Assembly (NCBI GenBank): GCA_039818205.1
Contig: JBCBUK010000024.1
Span: 1 to 38,239, forward strand
Origin: Verrucomicrobiota bacterium
GTDB taxonomy: Bacteria > Verrucomicrobiota > Verrucomicrobiia > Opitutales > Cerasicoccaceae
Length of the DNA: 38,239 nucleotides
Direction: 5' to 3'
Position 1 is the first letter of the stretch. The number at the start of each line of letters is the position of its first letter. Positions 35,607-38,239 of the stretch are shown piece after piece. Under the pieces are notes generated by a model. That model saw only the letters and a list, made by a program, of their open reading frames with translations, had not been told where the DNA came from and ran no database searches. The position numbers were made by a program, and so were the translations under genes.

Positions 35607-38239
35607 CAGTCCATCGTTTTCATTGATACCTTGGCGATCTGGATGTCATCGCTTTTCGAGGTGATTCGAAGTGTTCCAGCTGTGGTGAACGCCGGGATCT
35701 CGGTTTCAATCCGTAGCGCTACATAGTGAAGGCCAGGGTATTTGATAAAACGAATCGGCTCGCTCATGTCATAGGTCAGATCAACCAGGATCTCACCTTC
35801 GTCATAGCTATCTTCAGTGAACGGTGAGGAGCCCGGCCAGCCGTTTGCCGGATCGTAAATAGGCGGAAAGCGCCGCGCCCAGATTTCAACCAACACTTTG
35901 CGAGTGCCTCGCGTGCTCTCTGTCAGGGTTAAGGCTTGCTCGATGAAATCGTCGGTATCGAGTTCGGTCACGCCAAGGGTATCTTGTGGCGAAACACCAT
36001 CGGCAAGCGAGCCGGTTGCTATCGCCGTCCCACCGCTGTTAGTCCAGTTTGCAAGGGCGGCGGCATCAAGCAAGGTTTCGGAGAGAATTTCGGCGCCTTT
36101 GGGTTTCGGAAAATCAATGTCGCGGATATCGATCCCGAATTCGTGTTTGTCTTCTCCACCTTCGTAGGAGAGCTCGAGGTCGCTCATCGTGAATCCGCCT
36201 GCGCTGTGAATCAGAACGGCAAGCTTGTCTCCAGAGAGAAGGCGATCGAAGCCATCTGGGAGACTGAAGTCGGCCGTCCAGCCGAGCACCAAGCTGCTTA
36301 GTGGGCCGTTGACGATCGTTCCGTCGACTGAGCCAGTGGTATCTTCCCAATCGCTTGCATTGACGCCGCCAGGATAGGTAATCGCTCCGTTGATATTTAC
36401 ATCGGAAATGGCTCCGTCGAAGAAGTTCACCGCATTGCGGCCGCCGATACGGTTAAAGGTAAATGTCTCGGCCGCTGTCAATGTGTTCGACTGCAGGACG
36501 CCATCGAGTGTGACACTGACAGTGGTTCCAACACGCTCCAATCTAAACCGAACCGTTTTACCAGCTTCGATCGCTCGATCAATATCAAGGTGTTGATCGT
36601 TGCCTCCGATCTTAATATTGATTCGCGTGTCGAGATTCGACCGACGAATGAAGTTATTTGGATTCCCGCTGTCACCAATCCAGCACGTATTGCCAGTGTA
36701 GGTGTTTGGGTAGAGGTTCATTTCAACGAAGAAGTCACCCGCGAAACTCTGCGTTGCTAAGTCAACCGACTGGTCGACCCCATTGAATGTCCCCTTCGAC
36801 TCTTCGTTGATATTCGAGGCGGTGAGCTGGGTCCAATGACCTTGAGGCAATCCGTAGTTGTCGTGCCAGTATTGCGTGAACGAGTAGACCCGATTAGTAT
36901 AAGTAATCGAAACCGGGCTTCCAGCCTCTCCACTGATCTTTGTTAGTGTTCCTGATGCGAACTTCTGGCTAAAAGAAAATTGGGCCTCCATGCGAAGCAC
37001 ATATTCACCGCTTGCAATGCTTCGGGAGTTGTCCTGGAAAACCTCGGCAACGGTGTATTGCTTGTTATCCGTATCCTCGTAGACATCGCCCACGGTTACA
37101 CCTGGATCCGCGGCCACATAGAAACCCGGATAGAAATTGTTCTCACCAGTGTCGTTCGTTGGCGCAGCCGTCCGATCTAGAAGGTAGATATCGACCGCCT
37201 TGTTGGTCGAGGGCTTGAGCTTCGCATTGGCAACACTCGGCCCAAAGCGGGGAAGTATCATTTCGGCTAGACTATACTCGGAGAACGAAATCCGGTTCCC
37301 ATTTTGCATGTCCATGTATTCAGAGTTCAACTCTGACACATCGTCGTCTAGATCAAGCGCGTCAAAATACTGTGGGTTATCGAGCGCTTTGTGACCCGTA
37401 TAAATTTCCTTCCAGACCTTGCGGCGCTGTTCAATCGTGCCTGGTCGCAAGTTGTCCAGGTCAGACGAATCGATTCCGGTTCGCATGCGGAAAAATTTGA
37501 GTCCACGTTTTGGCCGAGGCAGTTGATTGACTAAGTATGAAAGTGGCCCTGAGAAGATTTCGTTGGTTCGAACCCCGGGATGCGTGACGTTGCCCCAGAA
37601 CGGCGCATAGTCGGCGGCATTATCGTTGAGCGTTCCCGAGTGGCGGAGCACATGGCTGTCGAAAAGCGTATCGAAAACCGGAACCCCGTATTCCTCGGCA
37701 ACTCGGTGAATTGCTGTGATAACAGCGCGGCCCTGATTGTCGTGGTATTCGGTGGCTAGAATCGGAATTGACCCAGAGCTCAAGACGCCTTCGACCATCG
37801 TTCGCAGGTCGTTGATGTAGTCGTCAAGCCGATCGACCCAGGTCATATCGTTCGTATAGCTGATCAGGATCGAGAAGCGCGGGTTGATGTCAAAGAAGCC
37901 AAGCGACCCGTGAAACGATGTGTTGTTGATCAGGTCTTCAAATAGTTTCTGGTAGATGTAGCCCGACTGACTAAAGGCAGCTTCAATGCGCCAATCGGAA
38001 GCCTCGGCAACTTTCTGCGCCCAGCCCTTTCCGACGATTCCGAAGCTGTTGGCCGTGTAAGAATCGCCGTGAATCGAAATCGACTCGGCGTTGGCGAGAT
38101 TGATGACCGTTATATTCGCGCCCGCCGAGCCGCCGGTTTGCAGGACGGTGATATCCGCTTGGGCTTGGTCAATCTCAGACTGCGCCTCAACCATGTCGGT
38201 TTCCAGCGTTCCCAGTCGGGTCTCATGATCCAGCTCAGA
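35606..38239 (-). CDS. Tail-associated protein with coiled coil, SGNH/GDSL hydrolase and LamG-like lectin domains, 5'-partial (>=877 aa)
   Basis: Frame is open to the window edge (SELDHETRLGTLETDMVEA...); IHGDSYT, SYTND, VTHPG; later TFNGVDQSVDL...FFDGAISDVNING. Confidence 0.78.
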   Translation of the reverse strand, partial: SELDHETRLGTLETDMVEAQSEIDQAQADITVLQTGGSAGANITVINLANAESISIHGDSYTANSFGIVGKGWAQKVAEASDWRIEAAFSQSGYIYQKLFEDLINNTSFHGSLGFFDINPRFSILISYTNDMTWVDRLDDYINDLRTMVEGVLSSGSIPILATEYHDNQGRAVITAIHRVAEEYGVPVFDTLFDSHVLRHSGTLNDNAADYAPFWGNVTHPGVRTNEIFSGPLSYLVNQLPRPKRGLKFFRMRTGIDSSDLDNLRPGTIEQRRKVWKEIYTGHKALDNPQYFDALDLDDDVSELNSEYMDMQNGNRISFSEYSLAEMILPRFGPSVANAKLKPSTNKAVDIYLLDRTAAPTNDTGENNFYPGFYVAADPGVTVGDVYEDTDNKQYTVAEVFQDNSRSIASGEYVLRMEAQFSFSQKFASGTLTKISGEAGSPVSITYTNRVYSFTQYWHDNYGLPQGHWTQLTASNINEESKGTFNGVDQSVDLATQSFAGDFFVEMNLYPNTYTGNTCWIGDSGNPNNFIRRSNLDTRINIKIGGNDQHLDIDRAIEAGKTVRFRLERVGTTVSVTLDGVLQSNTLTAAETFTFNRIGGRNAVNFFDGAISDVNINGAITYPGGVNASDWEDTTGSVDGTIVNGPLSSLVLGWTADFSLPDGFDRLLSGDKLAVLIHSAGGFTMSDLELSYEGGEDKHEFGIDIRDIDFPKPKGAEILSETLLDAAALANWTNSGGTAIATGSLADGVSPQDTLGVTELDTDDFIEQALTLTESTRGTRKVLVEIWARRFPPIYDPANGWPGSSPFTEDSYDEGEILVDLTYDMSEPIRFIKYPGLHYVALRIETEIPAFTTAGTLRITSKSDDIQIAKVSMKTMD

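Larger units (their letters stand above)
30054..38239 (-). mobile_element. Siphovirus-like prophage, distal end (tail tip and membrane/lysis genes); continues past the window
   Basis: Co-oriented, tightly packed or overlapping DUF1833, NlpC/P60 and J-like genes ending in a terminator next to a tRNA 3'-end duplication. Confidence 0.88.

Overview
Accessory region of a bacterial chromosome, probably a Verrucomicrobia/Opitutales-type organism (inferred from a PEP-CTERM protein, an SHD1-domain protein, W-x-x-x-DP-x-AA-x-x-W helical-repeat proteins and a Verrucomicrobia-style C-terminal motif). It has three parts. (1) 1-15.5 kb is a decaying mosaic: a partial beta-strand-repeat secreted protein missed by the ORF track, a metallophosphoesterase, an ECF sigma/cupin anti-sigma pair divergent from a PEP-CTERM-TPR-DUF4331 operon, a fibronectin-III gene broken by two in-frame TAG codons, an SHD1-TPR protein, and relics of a transposase, a NERD nuclease and a PPTase. 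(2) 15.5-30.1 kb holds three integrase-less cargo segments separated by four copies of the 3' end of a tRNA-Pro-like gene. Three copies continue into a shared arm with an inverted core, a variable 7-bp spacer, an IHF-like site and arm-type direct repeats. The cargoes are a PPTase + NRPS (C-A[Gly]-PCP-TE) + oxalate-CoA-ligase-like-PCP + SDR + TPP-enzyme cluster, a single orphan gene, and a GH16 + helical-repeat gene pair. (3) 30.1-38.2 kb is the end of a siphovirus-like prophage: an SGNH/LamG tail protein, DUF1833, NlpC/P60, a J-like tail tip, and a terminal membrane/lysis module with a lipoprotein S26B-type signal peptidase. The best candidates for something new are the tRNA-anchored cassette array, the possible N-oxalyl(dicarboxyacyl)-glycine NRPS pathway, and the phage signal peptidase. 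All family assignments were made by eye from motifs; no searches were run.
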